DNA of 64,000 nucleotides from Candidatus Kapaibacterium sp. (GTDB taxonomy: Bacteria > Bacteroidota > Ignavibacteria > Kapaibacteriales > WFXC01), in the NCBI GenBank assembly GCA_026996895.1, contig JALWJX010000028.1:678-64677 (forward strand), written 5' to 3'. The notes beneath the pieces are model-generated. The model ran no database searches. It had not been told where the DNA came from and saw only the letters and a program-made list of their open reading frames with translations. The translations under genes were made by a program, and so were the position numbers. Within the stretch, counting starts at the first letter, position 1. Each line of letters starts with the position of its first letter. This document shows positions 21,160 through 30,151 of this stretch, one piece after another.

Positions 21160-22161
21160 CTATGGGGAACTGCCTTCGTCTTCGGCTGGTAGGGAAGAAC
21201 GCTGTGCAACAACTGGGGATACTGCCAATTTTTGTTCGTGTGGTTCAGGGGACTGATCCAGCCGACATTCGACACACGCTTCCTGCTGAGCATACGCCGC
21301 CGATTCAATCTGGAAAGTAGCATGCTGAATCTGGAACTGCTCCCGCACTAACTGCTGCAGCCGGCGCAGAATCGTATCGCGATCTGCCGCATTGTCTACA
21401 ACCACATGCGCACTCATTGCACACGTTCGATCGCTCAACTGCCAGATGTGCACATCGTGCACGTTCCGCACTCCTTCAACAGTTTGCATCAGGCGGGTAA
21501 CGGTGGCAACATCCAGATTCGGCGGTGCTGCGTCCAGCAGGATGTTCATTGACCGGCGAAGGATTGGCAAAGCCGAACGAATGATGAAAATGACAATCAG
21601 CACAGACAGCACTGGATCAATCCAATAGGCTCTTGTCAACCATATTATTCCTCCTCCGATGAGAACTGCCACCGAAGACAGCAAGTCCATTAACACGTGC
21701 AGGTAGGCACTGCGCACATTCAAACTATGGGAATGGCGAAGAAATTGCGCGCTAATAATGTTGCCAACCAACCCAACCGCTGCAACTCCCATCATTAGCG
21801 GCAATTGAATAGGCACCGGATCGGACAGCAGCCGCTCAACTGCTTCGTACACGATATACACACACATCAACAAAAGGGTTACAGCGTTAAACAATGCCGT
21901 GATCGTTTCCAGACGGCGGTAGCCGTAGGTGTACCGGGGCGGCACCTGGTCTCGCGGTCGCATCGCAAAGCTGAGTCCCAGCAATGCCACCAGCAGCGAC
22001 AGCAGATCGGTCAGCATGTGCCCGGCATCGGACAGCAGCGCCAAGCTACGACTGAGCAGACCTCCCACCACTTCTGCGATGAAAATCGTACCGGTCACTG
22101 CGGTAGCAATAAGCAGCGACCGTCGATCAGAGTGCCCGTGCTGGTGAGTATGTGTATGCAT
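21160..22161 (-). CDS. Cation diffusion facilitator family transporter (CzcD-like)
   Basis: His-rich N-terminus MHTHTHQHGHSD, 6 TM helices with HxxxD motifs (HMLTDLLS) and a C-terminal cytoplasmic domain. Start at internal ATG 22161. The ORF-track start at 22386 would overlap rfbA extensively. Confidence 0.85.
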   Translation of the reverse strand: MHTHTHQHGHSDRRSLLIATAVTGTIFIAEVVGGLLSRSLALLSDAGHMLTDLLSLLVALLGLSFAMRPRDQVPPRYTYGYRRLETITALFNAVTLLLMCVYIVYEAVERLLSDPVPIQLPLMMGVAAVGLVGNIISAQFLRHSHSLNVRSAYLHVLMDLLSSVAVLIGGGIIWLTRAYWIDPVLSVLIVIFIIRSALPILRRSMNILLDAAPPNLDVATVTRLMQTVEGVRNVHDVHIWQLSDRTCAMSAHVVVDNAADRDTILRRLQQLVREQFQIQHATFQIESAAYAQQEACVECRLDQSPEPHEQKLAVSPVVAQRSSLPAEDEGSSP

Positions 22162-23044
22162 ACGTTCCTCGCCGATATTCGTACCAGACCTGCTGGCAAT
22201 ACGTTTTATACTCGCTGTCCGGAAAAGCAGAGACGTATTGGTAATAACTTTCGGGGGAAATGAAACCGCGAATGAGCGCAATTTCTTCCAGACAGGCAAT
22301 TTTGTATCCCTGCCGTTGCTCAATGGTATGAATAAACAGGCTGGCTTCCAGCAACGCCTGGGGCGTACCGGTATCCAGCCAGGCAATGCCGCGTCCCATC
22401 AACTCCACACGCAACCGCCCCTGCGCCAAATAGGCGTTATTGACATCAGTAATTTCCAGCTCTCCCCGTGCACTGGGTTTCAGTGATCGTGCAATGTCCA
22501 CTACATCCGCCGTATACACATAGAGTCCGGGAATGGCATAGTTTGACGGCGGTTCTTTCGGCTTCTCCACAATCCGTCGCACGCTGCCATCGGGGGCAAA
22601 TTCAATGACGCCGTAGCGGTGTGGATCCTTGACTGGATAGCCAAAGACTGTGCCGCCGGGATTATTCTGCAATGCCCGTCGAAGAAAATCCAGCTTGCCA
22701 TAAAAGAGGTTGTCGCCCAGGATCAGACACACCTGATCCGATCCAATAAAGTCGGCACCATAGATGAACGCTTCAGCGATCCCGCCGGGCTGCGGCTGCA
22801 CAACATACGACAACTGGATGCCCCATTGGTGACCATCTCCTAACAATTGCCGGAATCGCGGAGTGTCTTCTGGCGTTGAAATAATGAGAATCTCCCGAAT
22901 ATCTGCCAGCATCAAGGTCGACAGCGGATAGTAGATCATCGGCTTATCATACACCGGCTGCAACTGCTTGCTGGCAACCTGACTGATCGGGAATAGCCGC
23001 GTGCCCCGTCCCCCTGCTAAAATGATCCCCTTTGTTTGCCCCAT
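22127..23044 (-). CDS. rfbA: Glucose-1-phosphate thymidylyltransferase
   Basis: MGQTKGIILAGGRGTRLFPIS..KQLQPVYDKPMIYYPLSTLMLADIREILIIST is the classic RmlA N-terminus. No rfbBCD genes are adjacent. Confidence 0.85.
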   Translation of the reverse strand: MGQTKGIILAGGRGTRLFPISQVASKQLQPVYDKPMIYYPLSTLMLADIREILIISTPEDTPRFRQLLGDGHQWGIQLSYVVQPQPGGIAEAFIYGADFIGSDQVCLILGDNLFYGKLDFLRRALQNNPGGTVFGYPVKDPHRYGVIEFAPDGSVRRIVEKPKEPPSNYAIPGLYVYTADVVDIARSLKPSARGELEITDVNNAYLAQGRLRVELMGRGIAWLDTGTPQALLEASLFIHTIEQRQGYKIACLEEIALIRGFISPESYYQYVSAFPDSEYKTYCQQVWYEYRRGTYAYTYSPARAL

Positions 23045-23127
23045 CCAATTGCCGTTTCCGTTTTACGTTAGCACTGAAACTCAAATTTAACAAAGTTCGT
23101 GGAATCAAGCGGTGGGAGGAACATCTG

Positions 23128-24501
23128 ATGGCACAACATCTGGTTTCAATCAATCCTGCAACCGGTGAGCAAATTCAGGAATACCGCGTTCACACGCCCG
23201 ACGAGGTTGAGGAACGAATAGAGAAAGCGGAACTGGCATTTCAGGAGTGGCGTCGCTCCGTGTTTGCAGAACGACAATTCCTGTTGCGACGCACTGCTGA
23301 ACTGCTGCGAATTCAGAAAAACGATTTTGCCAGGCTGATGGCAGAAGAGATGGGCAAACCGTTAGCTCAGGGCGTTGCAGAAATTGAAAAATGCGCGTGG
23401 GTATGCGAGTACTACGCCGAAAAGGGAGAAGAATTTTTACAGGATATTCCCGTCGAAACGGACGCTTCTCGCAGCTACGTCCACTTTGAACCGCTGGGCG
23501 TTCTCCTGGCAATTATGCCGTGGAACTTCCCGTTCTGGCAGGTGTTTCGCTTCTTAGCTCCCGCCCTAATGGCGGGCAATGCAGTGGTGCTCAAACACGC
23601 TTCCAACGTTACTGGCTGCGCCTTAGCAATTGAGCACCTGCTGTACGAAGCCGGTGCTCCCAAAGGACTGTTTGCCACGCTCATTCTACCATCGTCCGCT
23701 GTGGAACCCGTTATCCGCCATCCACTTATTCGGGGTGTTACGCTGACTGGCAGTACTGCCGCGGGTCAGGCAGTAGCAGCCATCGCTGGATCGGAATTGA
23801 AGAAAACCGTAATGGAACTGGGAGGCAGTGATCCCTACGTGGTGCTGGAAGATGCGGATCTGGATCCGACCGTCGAAACCTGCGTCACGTCGCGACTGAT
23901 CAACAGCGGGCAAAGCTGCATTGCAGCCAAGCGGTTCATTGTCGTTCACCCCATCTATGAGCGATTCGTCGAGAAATTCGTAGAGGCTATGCGTTCCAAA
24001 GTAATGGGGAACCCTCTGGACGATGGCATTGATCTTGGTCCACAGGCGCGCACAGATCTGCGCGACAGCCTTCATCAGCAGGTAGTCCAGAGCGTGCAGC
24101 AAGGTGCTCGCCTCCTGCTCGGTGGAACAATCCCCGATCGCCCCGGAGCATTCTATCCTCCGACGGTCCTGGCAGATGTGCAGAAAGGGATGCCGGTATT
24201 TGATGAGGAAACCTTTGGACCCGTGGCAGCGATCATTCCTGCTGCTGATGAGTACGAAGCGGTGCAACTGGCAAACAGCTCTTCCTACGGATTGGGCGCC
24301 GCCGTCTTTACGCAGGATCTGGAGAAAGCCGAACGGATCGCTCGCGAACATCTGGAAGCGGGCAATTGCTTTGTCAACGCCTTTGTCCGCTCCGATCCTC
24401 GATTGCCGTTTGGTGGCATCAAAGCATCGGGATATGGACGGGAACTGTCGGTCTTCGGTATTCGAGAATTTGTGAATATTAAAACCGTGTGGATCCGGTA
24501 G
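23128..24501 (+). CDS. NAD(P)-dependent aldehyde dehydrogenase (succinate-semialdehyde dehydrogenase-like)
   Basis: Start MAQHLVSINPATGE with GGGAGG RBS. ALDH motifs are the catalytic Cys (GQSCIAAKR) and Glu (ELGGSDP). 458 aa. Confidence 0.85.
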   Translation: MAQHLVSINPATGEQIQEYRVHTPDEVEERIEKAELAFQEWRRSVFAERQFLLRRTAELLRIQKNDFARLMAEEMGKPLAQGVAEIEKCAWVCEYYAEKGEEFLQDIPVETDASRSYVHFEPLGVLLAIMPWNFPFWQVFRFLAPALMAGNAVVLKHASNVTGCALAIEHLLYEAGAPKGLFATLILPSSAVEPVIRHPLIRGVTLTGSTAAGQAVAAIAGSELKKTVMELGGSDPYVVLEDADLDPTVETCVTSRLINSGQSCIAAKRFIVVHPIYERFVEKFVEAMRSKVMGNPLDDGIDLGPQARTDLRDSLHQQVVQSVQQGARLLLGGTIPDRPGAFYPPTVLADVQKGMPVFDEETFGPVAAIIPAADEYEAVQLANSSSYGLGAAVFTQDLEKAERIAREHLEAGNCFVNAFVRSDPRLPFGGIKASGYGRELSVFGIREFVNIKTVWIR

Positions 24502-24507
24502 AATCGG

Positions 24508-25197
24508 ATGATCACTGTTGCGCGCTTCTTTGAAGATCCCTGGTGGCTGGACTTTGCCAAGCGGATCATTCGGCTACCGCTGAAGGCGATTTACTACTCC
24601 TGGCTCCGCCTCCACCCGGACTATCCGTGGCTTACCTATGGGGCTATTCGCTGGCTCAAACGCCATCTCCATCCCTCGATGGTTGGTTTTGAATGGGGGA
24701 GCGGTCGAAGCACACTCTTTTTTGCCCAACGCGTGCACAAGCTCTACACTGTCGAACACGATCGGCAATGGTACGAAACCGTTCGCCAGATGATCCAGCA
24801 GGCACAATTACAGGACAAAGTCGAGCTGATCCTGATCCCTCCTCACAAACCTGCATTCGACCCTGCAAAACCGCGGACACCGTGGTGGGCACAAAGCGGC
24901 TACGTGCCGGGCAAACCGCAATACGCGCAGTATGCCGACGCAATCCTGCAATTTCCCGATGCGTTCTTTGACTTCATCGTTGTCGATGGGCGGGAGCGAG
25001 TAAGCTGCTTGCTCAATGCGGAACCCAAACTCAAGCCCGGCGGCTTTCTGCTGTTAGACAATGCCGAACGACGGGAATACCAACCTGGGATTCTTCCCTA
25101 CCGCACCTGGCGCCGGCTGGACTTCAGCAATGGACTAACAATCAGTTCCATTTTCCTGAAGCCTTCACAAGACGCAGGCGCAAAAACTCTTTTTTGA
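24508..25197 (+). CDS. Putative class I SAM-dependent methyltransferase (TylF/MycF-like fold)
   Basis: FEWGSGRSTLFFA (glycine-rich SAM motif I-like) and VVDGRE...LKPGGFLLLDN (motif typical of TylF-type O-methyltransferases). It lies 7 nt downstream of the ALDH gene. The assignment is tentative. Confidence 0.45.
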   Translation: MITVARFFEDPWWLDFAKRIIRLPLKAIYYSWLRLHPDYPWLTYGAIRWLKRHLHPSMVGFEWGSGRSTLFFAQRVHKLYTVEHDRQWYETVRQMIQQAQLQDKVELILIPPHKPAFDPAKPRTPWWAQSGYVPGKPQYAQYADAILQFPDAFFDFIVVDGRERVSCLLNAEPKLKPGGFLLLDNAERREYQPGILPYRTWRRLDFSNGLTISSIFLKPSQDAGAKTLF

Positions 25198-25209
25198 TAA
25201 CGCTTTCCG

Positions 25210-26763
25210 CTACCGGGCATAAGCAATACTCCGCTTCTCCCGGATCACCGTAACCCGGATTTGTCCCGGATACTCCATCGTTTCTTCGATTCGCTTAGCG
25301 ATTTCGTGTGCGATGGTATCTGCCGTCAGATCATCGATTCGTTCGGGTTCGACGATTACCCGGATTTCCCGACCTGCCTGAATGGCATAGCTTTGCACTA
25401 CGCCCTCGAAACTGGAAGCAATTTCCTCCAGCGAAGTCAGCCGTTTAATGTAATGCTCCAGCGACTCACGTCGGGCGCCGGGCCGGGCACCACTAATCGC
25501 ATCGGCTGCCTGAACCAGAGCCGCTATGGGACTCATCATCTCCATCTCATCGTGATGGGAACCAATGGCATTGGCAACGATCGGATGCTCCCGATACCGC
25601 TTCGCAATTTCATAACCGATCAAGGCGTGTGGACCTTCTTCCTCCACACACTTCCCAATATCGTGGAGCAACCCTGCCCGCTTTGCCAGTCGAACATCCA
25701 GCCCCAATTCCGCTGCCATAATGGCTGCCAGGCGGGCAACTTCAATGGAGTGTGCTAACAGGTTCTGCCCGTAACTGTAACGATACTTCATTCGACCAAT
25801 GAGACGCACAATTTCCCGATGGACGTTGTGAATACCCAATTCCAGCAACGCCTGTTTTCCAACTTCCCGGATCTCATCCTCCATTTCTTTCTTCGTTTTG
25901 TTCACCACCTCCTCAATCCGGGACGGATGAATACGCCCATCGCTGACCAGGCGCTCCAGCGCCCGGCGCGCAATTTCACGACGGAGAGGATCAAAACAGG
26001 AAATCAGCACTGCTTCAGGGGTATCGTCAATGATGAGATCCACGCCGGTAGCTGCTTCAAAGGCACGAATATTCCGCCCTTCCCGTCCGATGATCCGCCC
26101 CTTCATCTCATCACTGGGTAGATTGACCACCGAAACAGTGTTTTCAATCGCATAATCCGTAGCAGTACGTTGAATCGCTTCCACCACGATCTTTTGCGCC
26201 TGCTTCTTCGCTTCTTCCCGCGCCTGATCCCGAATCTCCTTAATCATCAAAGCTGCTTCTGTTTTCGCTTCTTCGACCATTGAATCCAGCAAATACTTCT
26301 TTGCATCTTCCCGCGACATTCCGGTAATGCGTTCCAGGCGCACCAGTTGTTCTTCCCGCAATTGCTCTACTTCTTCCATCCGCTGCTGTACCTGTTGTTG
26401 TTGCTGCTGGAGCGACTGTTCCAGACTCTGTAACTGCTTTTCCTTATTGCTCAGCAGCTCCAGCTTTCGGGTGATCCGATCTTCTCGCTCTTTGATCTCC
26501 TTCTCATACGCTCGCAGCTTTTCGTGCCGATCCTGCATAATCTGATCAAATTCCCGCTTTTTCCGATCCCACTCCGCCTTGACTTCCAGCAGCTTTTCTT
26601 TTTTGAGAATCTCTCCCTCTTTTTCGGCATCCCGCAGAATGACCTTGGCACGTTCTTCCGCATCCCTGATTTTCATTTTCAAGGAACGCTGGACCAGCCA
26701 ATAGCCGACGCCTCCTCCCAGCAAGAAGCCAAGAATTGTCAACCCAACAATCCACCACTCCAT
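25210..26763 (-). CDS. rny: Ribonuclease Y
   Basis: N-terminal TM helix ([23 protein letters not shown]), coiled coil, KH domain ([26 protein letters not shown]) and HD domain ([24 protein letters not shown]). Start at the ATG at 26761..26763 with AAAGGAGA RBS 6 nt upstream. The ORF-track start at 26802 lies inside the upstream ncRNA terminator. Confidence 0.9.
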   Translation of the reverse strand: MEWWIVGLTILGFLLGGGVGYWLVQRSLKMKIRDAEERAKVILRDAEKEGEILKKEKLLEVKAEWDRKKREFDQIMQDRHEKLRAYEKEIKEREDRITRKLELLSNKEKQLQSLEQSLQQQQQQVQQRMEEVEQLREEQLVRLERITGMSREDAKKYLLDSMVEEAKTEAALMIKEIRDQAREEAKKQAQKIVVEAIQRTATDYAIENTVSVVNLPSDEMKGRIIGREGRNIRAFEAATGVDLIIDDTPEAVLISCFDPLRREIARRALERLVSDGRIHPSRIEEVVNKTKKEMEDEIREVGKQALLELGIHNVHREIVRLIGRMKYRYSYGQNLLAHSIEVARLAAIMAAELGLDVRLAKRAGLLHDIGKCVEEEGPHALIGYEIAKRYREHPIVANAIGSHHDEMEMMSPIAALVQAADAISGARPGARRESLEHYIKRLTSLEEIASSFEGVVQSYAIQAGREIRVIVEPERIDDLTADTIAHEIAKRIEETMEYPGQIRVTVIREKRSIAYAR

Positions 26764-26800
26764 TGTTTTTCTCCTTTCCGACTTGCTGTTCGACATCATC

Positions 26801-27083
26801 AATAAAAAAGCCGCATCATTCTGTCTGCGCTTGTAATGAAGCGGATAGCTGGTAAGAACCCTTACCGGACACAGTGGGTGCTTGCCTGATTACCTTTTGC
26901 TTCCCCCGAACCCTGGGAACATCCGACTGGATGTTCACGGTGGATGACAGCGGGCCACCCACACGCAGGGTTACTGCTATGATAGCAGTTGGGGCCTGCA
27001 ATCAGCAACCAGAGCCAAGCTCCCTTTTCGTTGAAACTGTCGGTTCTTACCTTCGCTATAACGATCCGACAGAATGATGCGGC
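26801..27083 (-). ncRNA. Candidate structured ncRNA (about 283 nt) between zapA and rny; 6S (ssrS)-like position, family unassigned
   Basis: The 16-nt arms GACAGAAUGAUGCGGC (27068..27083) and GCCGCAUCAUUCUGUC (26810..26825) are perfectly complementary, and the 3' arm is followed by U6 on the minus strand (26804..26809). A second long-range stem is GGUAAGAACC (26851..26860) with GGUUCUUACC (27042..27051). Internal hairpins are at 26917..26936 (8 bp, GACU loop) and 26973..26989 (7 bp), plus GUGGGUG/CACCCAC pairing (26874..26880 with 26956..26962). No protein ORF in the region looks credible. Confidence 0.45.
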
Positions 27084-27132
27084 AAAGAAGCTTTGGCACT
27101 GTTACTGCCTGCTGAAGCTTCTATGGAAAAGA

Positions 27133-27429
27133 TCACCCATCTTCAGCAGTAGCATCCGCAAGCCGCTGCTGAAGAAACCCGGTCATTTTCTCAATTTCTT
27201 GTTCATAAAGTTTTATCTGCAATGCCATTTGCTCGCAGCGAACATCATATTCCTCTAACAGATTCAAAGCTGCTAAAACGGTGACGACTAAGGTTGAAAC
27301 TCGATCCTGCCGCTGCTTCATTTGCCGCATCATTTCGTCAAACCGGTGAGCCAGTCGCTGTACCCGTTCCGGATCCTCACAACGCAGTGTATACGTTTGC
27401 TCACCGATTTGCACTTGGACTGTTTCCAT
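27133..27429 (-). CDS. zapA: Cell division protein ZapA
   Basis: 98 aa. METVQVQIGEQTYTLRCEDPERVQRLAHRFDEMMRQMKQ.. followed by a C-terminal coiled coil is the ZapA architecture. Confidence 0.75.
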   Translation of the reverse strand: METVQVQIGEQTYTLRCEDPERVQRLAHRFDEMMRQMKQRQDRVSTLVVTVLAALNLLEEYDVRCEQMALQIKLYEQEIEKMTGFLQQRLADATAEDG

Positions 27430-27496
27430 TCAAATAATTCAAACTTTTCCGGTCTTGCCTGCAAAGCCCATTTTTATGAACGTATGCCCATTGCGG

Positions 27497-28381
27497 TTAT
27501 TGATCCGCCGGATCGCGTGCCAGAATCTGATCCAAGCGCTGGAGTACTGTCACAATGCGTTGTTCCAGCCGCTGCTTCGCCTGCCGCTGCTCCTCTGACA
27601 ATTCCCGTTGAGATGACCGCTTTACTGCTGCCAGCTCGCTCTGCAACGCATCAATACGGAAGCGGTAGACCTCCAATTGCTCTTTGTATGCCTGCGCTTC
27701 CTGGTACCGTGCTTCCAGTTGCTCCAACTGGAGCTGGAGCCGGGCGTTTTCTTCCGCTAACCGTTCCACCTCTTTCCGTAATTGCTGTGCTTCCAGTTGG
27801 AGCTGCTGTTCCGCTAAGGCATCTTCCAGTTGCTGCAGTTGCTTGTGCAATCTATGCAGTTCCTCATTTTTCCGCACGATCTCCTTCTGCGCTAAGCGAT
27901 ACTCATACTGCACCTGCTGCACCTGTTCCTCCAGTTGCTGGAGCGTTTGCTGCAACCGCTCGTACTCCGTACGATAATGTTCGAGTTGCTGTTTGGACTC
28001 CTCCTGCTGCTGCTTCCACTGCTGACGATCCTGCTCCCACTGCTGACGTTGCTGGCGAAGCTGCTCCAATTCCTCTCGCAGGTTCTGCTCCTGGGCACGC
28101 TGTGCCCGCTCCTGTTCCAACTGCTCCTGCAACACTCTATGATGATGCTGTTCTAAGGCTGCCCGCGTTTTCCACTGATACAACTCCTGCTCCAATTGCC
28201 GAATCCGTTCCTCTTTTTCCTCCACTGCCGCTGCCAGCAGGCGATACGTTTCCAGTTCTTCAACCTGGCGCCGCAACCCGGCGTTTTCTTCTCTCAACGC
28301 CGCACACGTATCTGCCAGCCGCGGTAACTGCTCTCCAACTTGCTGAATAACGGTCCACAACGCTTGAAGCCGATCTTCCAT
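27497..28381 (-). CDS. Coiled-coil protein of unknown function (possible ZapA-associated/ZapB-like partner)
   Basis: 294 aa, almost entirely heptad-like Q/E/L/R repeats with no TM or enzymatic motif. It lies 67 nt upstream of zapA on the same strand. Confidence 0.55.
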   Translation of the reverse strand: MEDRLQALWTVIQQVGEQLPRLADTCAALREENAGLRRQVEELETYRLLAAAVEEKEERIRQLEQELYQWKTRAALEQHHHRVLQEQLEQERAQRAQEQNLREELEQLRQQRQQWEQDRQQWKQQQEESKQQLEHYRTEYERLQQTLQQLEEQVQQVQYEYRLAQKEIVRKNEELHRLHKQLQQLEDALAEQQLQLEAQQLRKEVERLAEENARLQLQLEQLEARYQEAQAYKEQLEVYRFRIDALQSELAAVKRSSQRELSEEQRQAKQRLEQRIVTVLQRLDQILARDPADQ

Positions 28382-28478
28382 TCGTCCGATACTCCCACCT
28401 TATTTTCAATCTCAGGAGTGTAAAGTTACGAAAAATCAGGTAGACACGTACACCGATCTTCCCGGTTTGCTGCTTTCC

Positions 28479-29063
28479 TCAGAGCGGTTGCATTGCCGCT
28501 TCCGGACTGTGCGGAAACTGATGACGAAGGCGTTCCAGCAGCGCCTGAAATGCCGGGAGATTATGATGCTGTAAATAATGTGCAATACCCTGCCAGTACA
28601 ACAAGGTAGCGCTCCGGGGATTGTCAGGATACTGTTCGACAGTCGCTGCTAACAACTGCTCGGCTTCATCAAATTTGCCTCGCGTCAGCAGCAAGCGCGC
28701 ACGCGCAAGGCGCAGCACCAGCCGCAGGTCTTCGGCTGAGAGCACTCCGTGCACCGCTTCAACCAGCGCTCCCCGGCGATCCAGAAAAAACATCGACGGG
28801 GTCCATATTGCCTGATACTGCCGTCGCAATGTGGCTTCCCGATAAATATCCGCTTTGAGCAGCACAAACCATTGCTCCAACTCCTCCATCACCTCCGTCA
28901 CCGTATAGGTCTGGCTATAGAGTTTCTGACATCCCAGGCATCCCTGTTTCTCAAATTGCAGAAAAATGCCCCGGCGTGTTCTGGTCGCCAACTGCTGTGC
29001 CTGTGCAAAATCCGTCTGCCAGCGACTCCAATCAACCATTTCCCTGAGATCCTGTTGTTGCAC
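28479..29063 (-). CDS. Thioredoxin-fold protein with CxxC and TPR-like C-terminus
   Basis: GCLGCQ motif inside a thioredoxin-like N-terminal region, followed by a TPR-like helical C-terminal region. It overlaps the perM 3' end by 32 nt. Confidence 0.5.
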   Translation of the reverse strand: MQQQDLREMVDWSRWQTDFAQAQQLATRTRRGIFLQFEKQGCLGCQKLYSQTYTVTEVMEELEQWFVLLKADIYREATLRRQYQAIWTPSMFFLDRRGALVEAVHGVLSAEDLRLVLRLARARLLLTRGKFDEAEQLLAATVEQYPDNPRSATLLYWQGIAHYLQHHNLPAFQALLERLRHQFPHSPEAAMQPL

Positions 29064-30144
29064 TTGCTGGTTTTGATGCTGACGGCGAAGCAGGAATTCC
29101 CCCCATCAGGACCGCCAGCGGTTTGAGTGGCGGAACATTTTCGCAAATAATCTTCAAGGTTGCAATCATCGGCACAGACAACACCATCCCAATCAATCCC
29201 CACAGCCATCCCCAAAAGATCAAAGCAACCAGCACCAGTAAAGGACTGAGGTCCAAACTCTCCCCCATAATTTTGGGCTCAATGATATTCCCAATCACCA
29301 TTTGCATCCCCGTCAGAATACCGCCCAGCAATAATGCCAGTCCCAGATCTCCGAACTGAATCAAAGAAAACAGGGACGGCAACAGGGTAGCAACGATAGA
29401 TCCAAAGTTGGGAATGTAATTGAGAAGAAAAGTCAGCACCCCCCACAGGAGGGCAAAATCAACGCCAAAGAGCGCCAGAATCAGGGTAGCAACACTGCCG
29501 GTTGCCAGACTGATCAACGTCTTCGTAAAAATGTACTGTCGCACCTGATGGTCAATATTCCGAACAATGTGCTCCAGCCGCTCCGCATACTGCGGATAAA
29601 AGGCTTTCCGCAGCTTTTTTCCCACATCGCCAGTACCGGCAAGGATAAACATCATAAAAAACAGCACCAGGAAAAAATTTGTCAGAAAGGCAAAGATGGA
29701 TCCCAAGCTGGAGGTTAAAACGGTGGAAAGCGCTGAAATGTCGATCAGCTCCTGCCAGGAAATGTCAGCAACCAGATCCCGGAGTTGGGACTGCCGGACA
29801 GCTTCCCAAAACGACTGAATTAAAAAATCAATCCGCTGCTGGTAGCGGGGTAGCGCCGCAACGAAAGCATCGACAGTGGAATACACGCCCAATGCAAACA
29901 GCGTTACAATGGCAGCAACCGCAATAAGCACAATTGCAATGGTAATGGGCATTGGAATGCCCCGCCGCTGCGACAGCGATGCTACCAGCGGCTTAAAGAG
30001 GTAAGAAAGGAAGATAGCAATCACAAATGGAATCAGGATCGAGCGCAACTGGTAAAATACAAATCCAACGGCGACGGTAGCCAGAATGATCAGCGGAATA
30101 CCCAGAAGCCGAATTTCCCGAATGAGAGGATCGCGCCCATCCAT
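29032..30144 (-). CDS. AI-2E family transporter (PerM/YhhT-like)
   Basis: Start MDGRDPLIREIR. 8 TM helices and the conserved AI-2E architecture. The ORF-track start at 30270 adds 42 non-membrane residues. Confidence 0.85.
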   Translation of the reverse strand: MDGRDPLIREIRLLGIPLIILATVAVGFVFYQLRSILIPFVIAIFLSYLFKPLVASLSQRRGIPMPITIAIVLIAVAAIVTLFALGVYSTVDAFVAALPRYQQRIDFLIQSFWEAVRQSQLRDLVADISWQELIDISALSTVLTSSLGSIFAFLTNFFLVLFFMMFILAGTGDVGKKLRKAFYPQYAERLEHIVRNIDHQVRQYIFTKTLISLATGSVATLILALFGVDFALLWGVLTFLLNYIPNFGSIVATLLPSLFSLIQFGDLGLALLLGGILTGMQMVIGNIIEPKIMGESLDLSPLLVLVALIFWGWLWGLIGMVLSVPMIATLKIICENVPPLKPLAVLMGGIPASPSASKPASATTGSQGNG

Positions 30145-30151
30145 AAAAACC

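Noticed and set aside
26801-27083. Assignment of the structured element to RNase P RNA, SRP RNA or tmRNA
   Set aside because: None of the family signature sequences is present (the P4 GGAAAGUCCGG and ACAGAAnCCGGCUUA, the SRP helix-8 GGAAGGAAGCAG, or the tmRNA tRNA-like ends). Only weak partial resemblances are. The length also does not fit RNase P or tmRNA.
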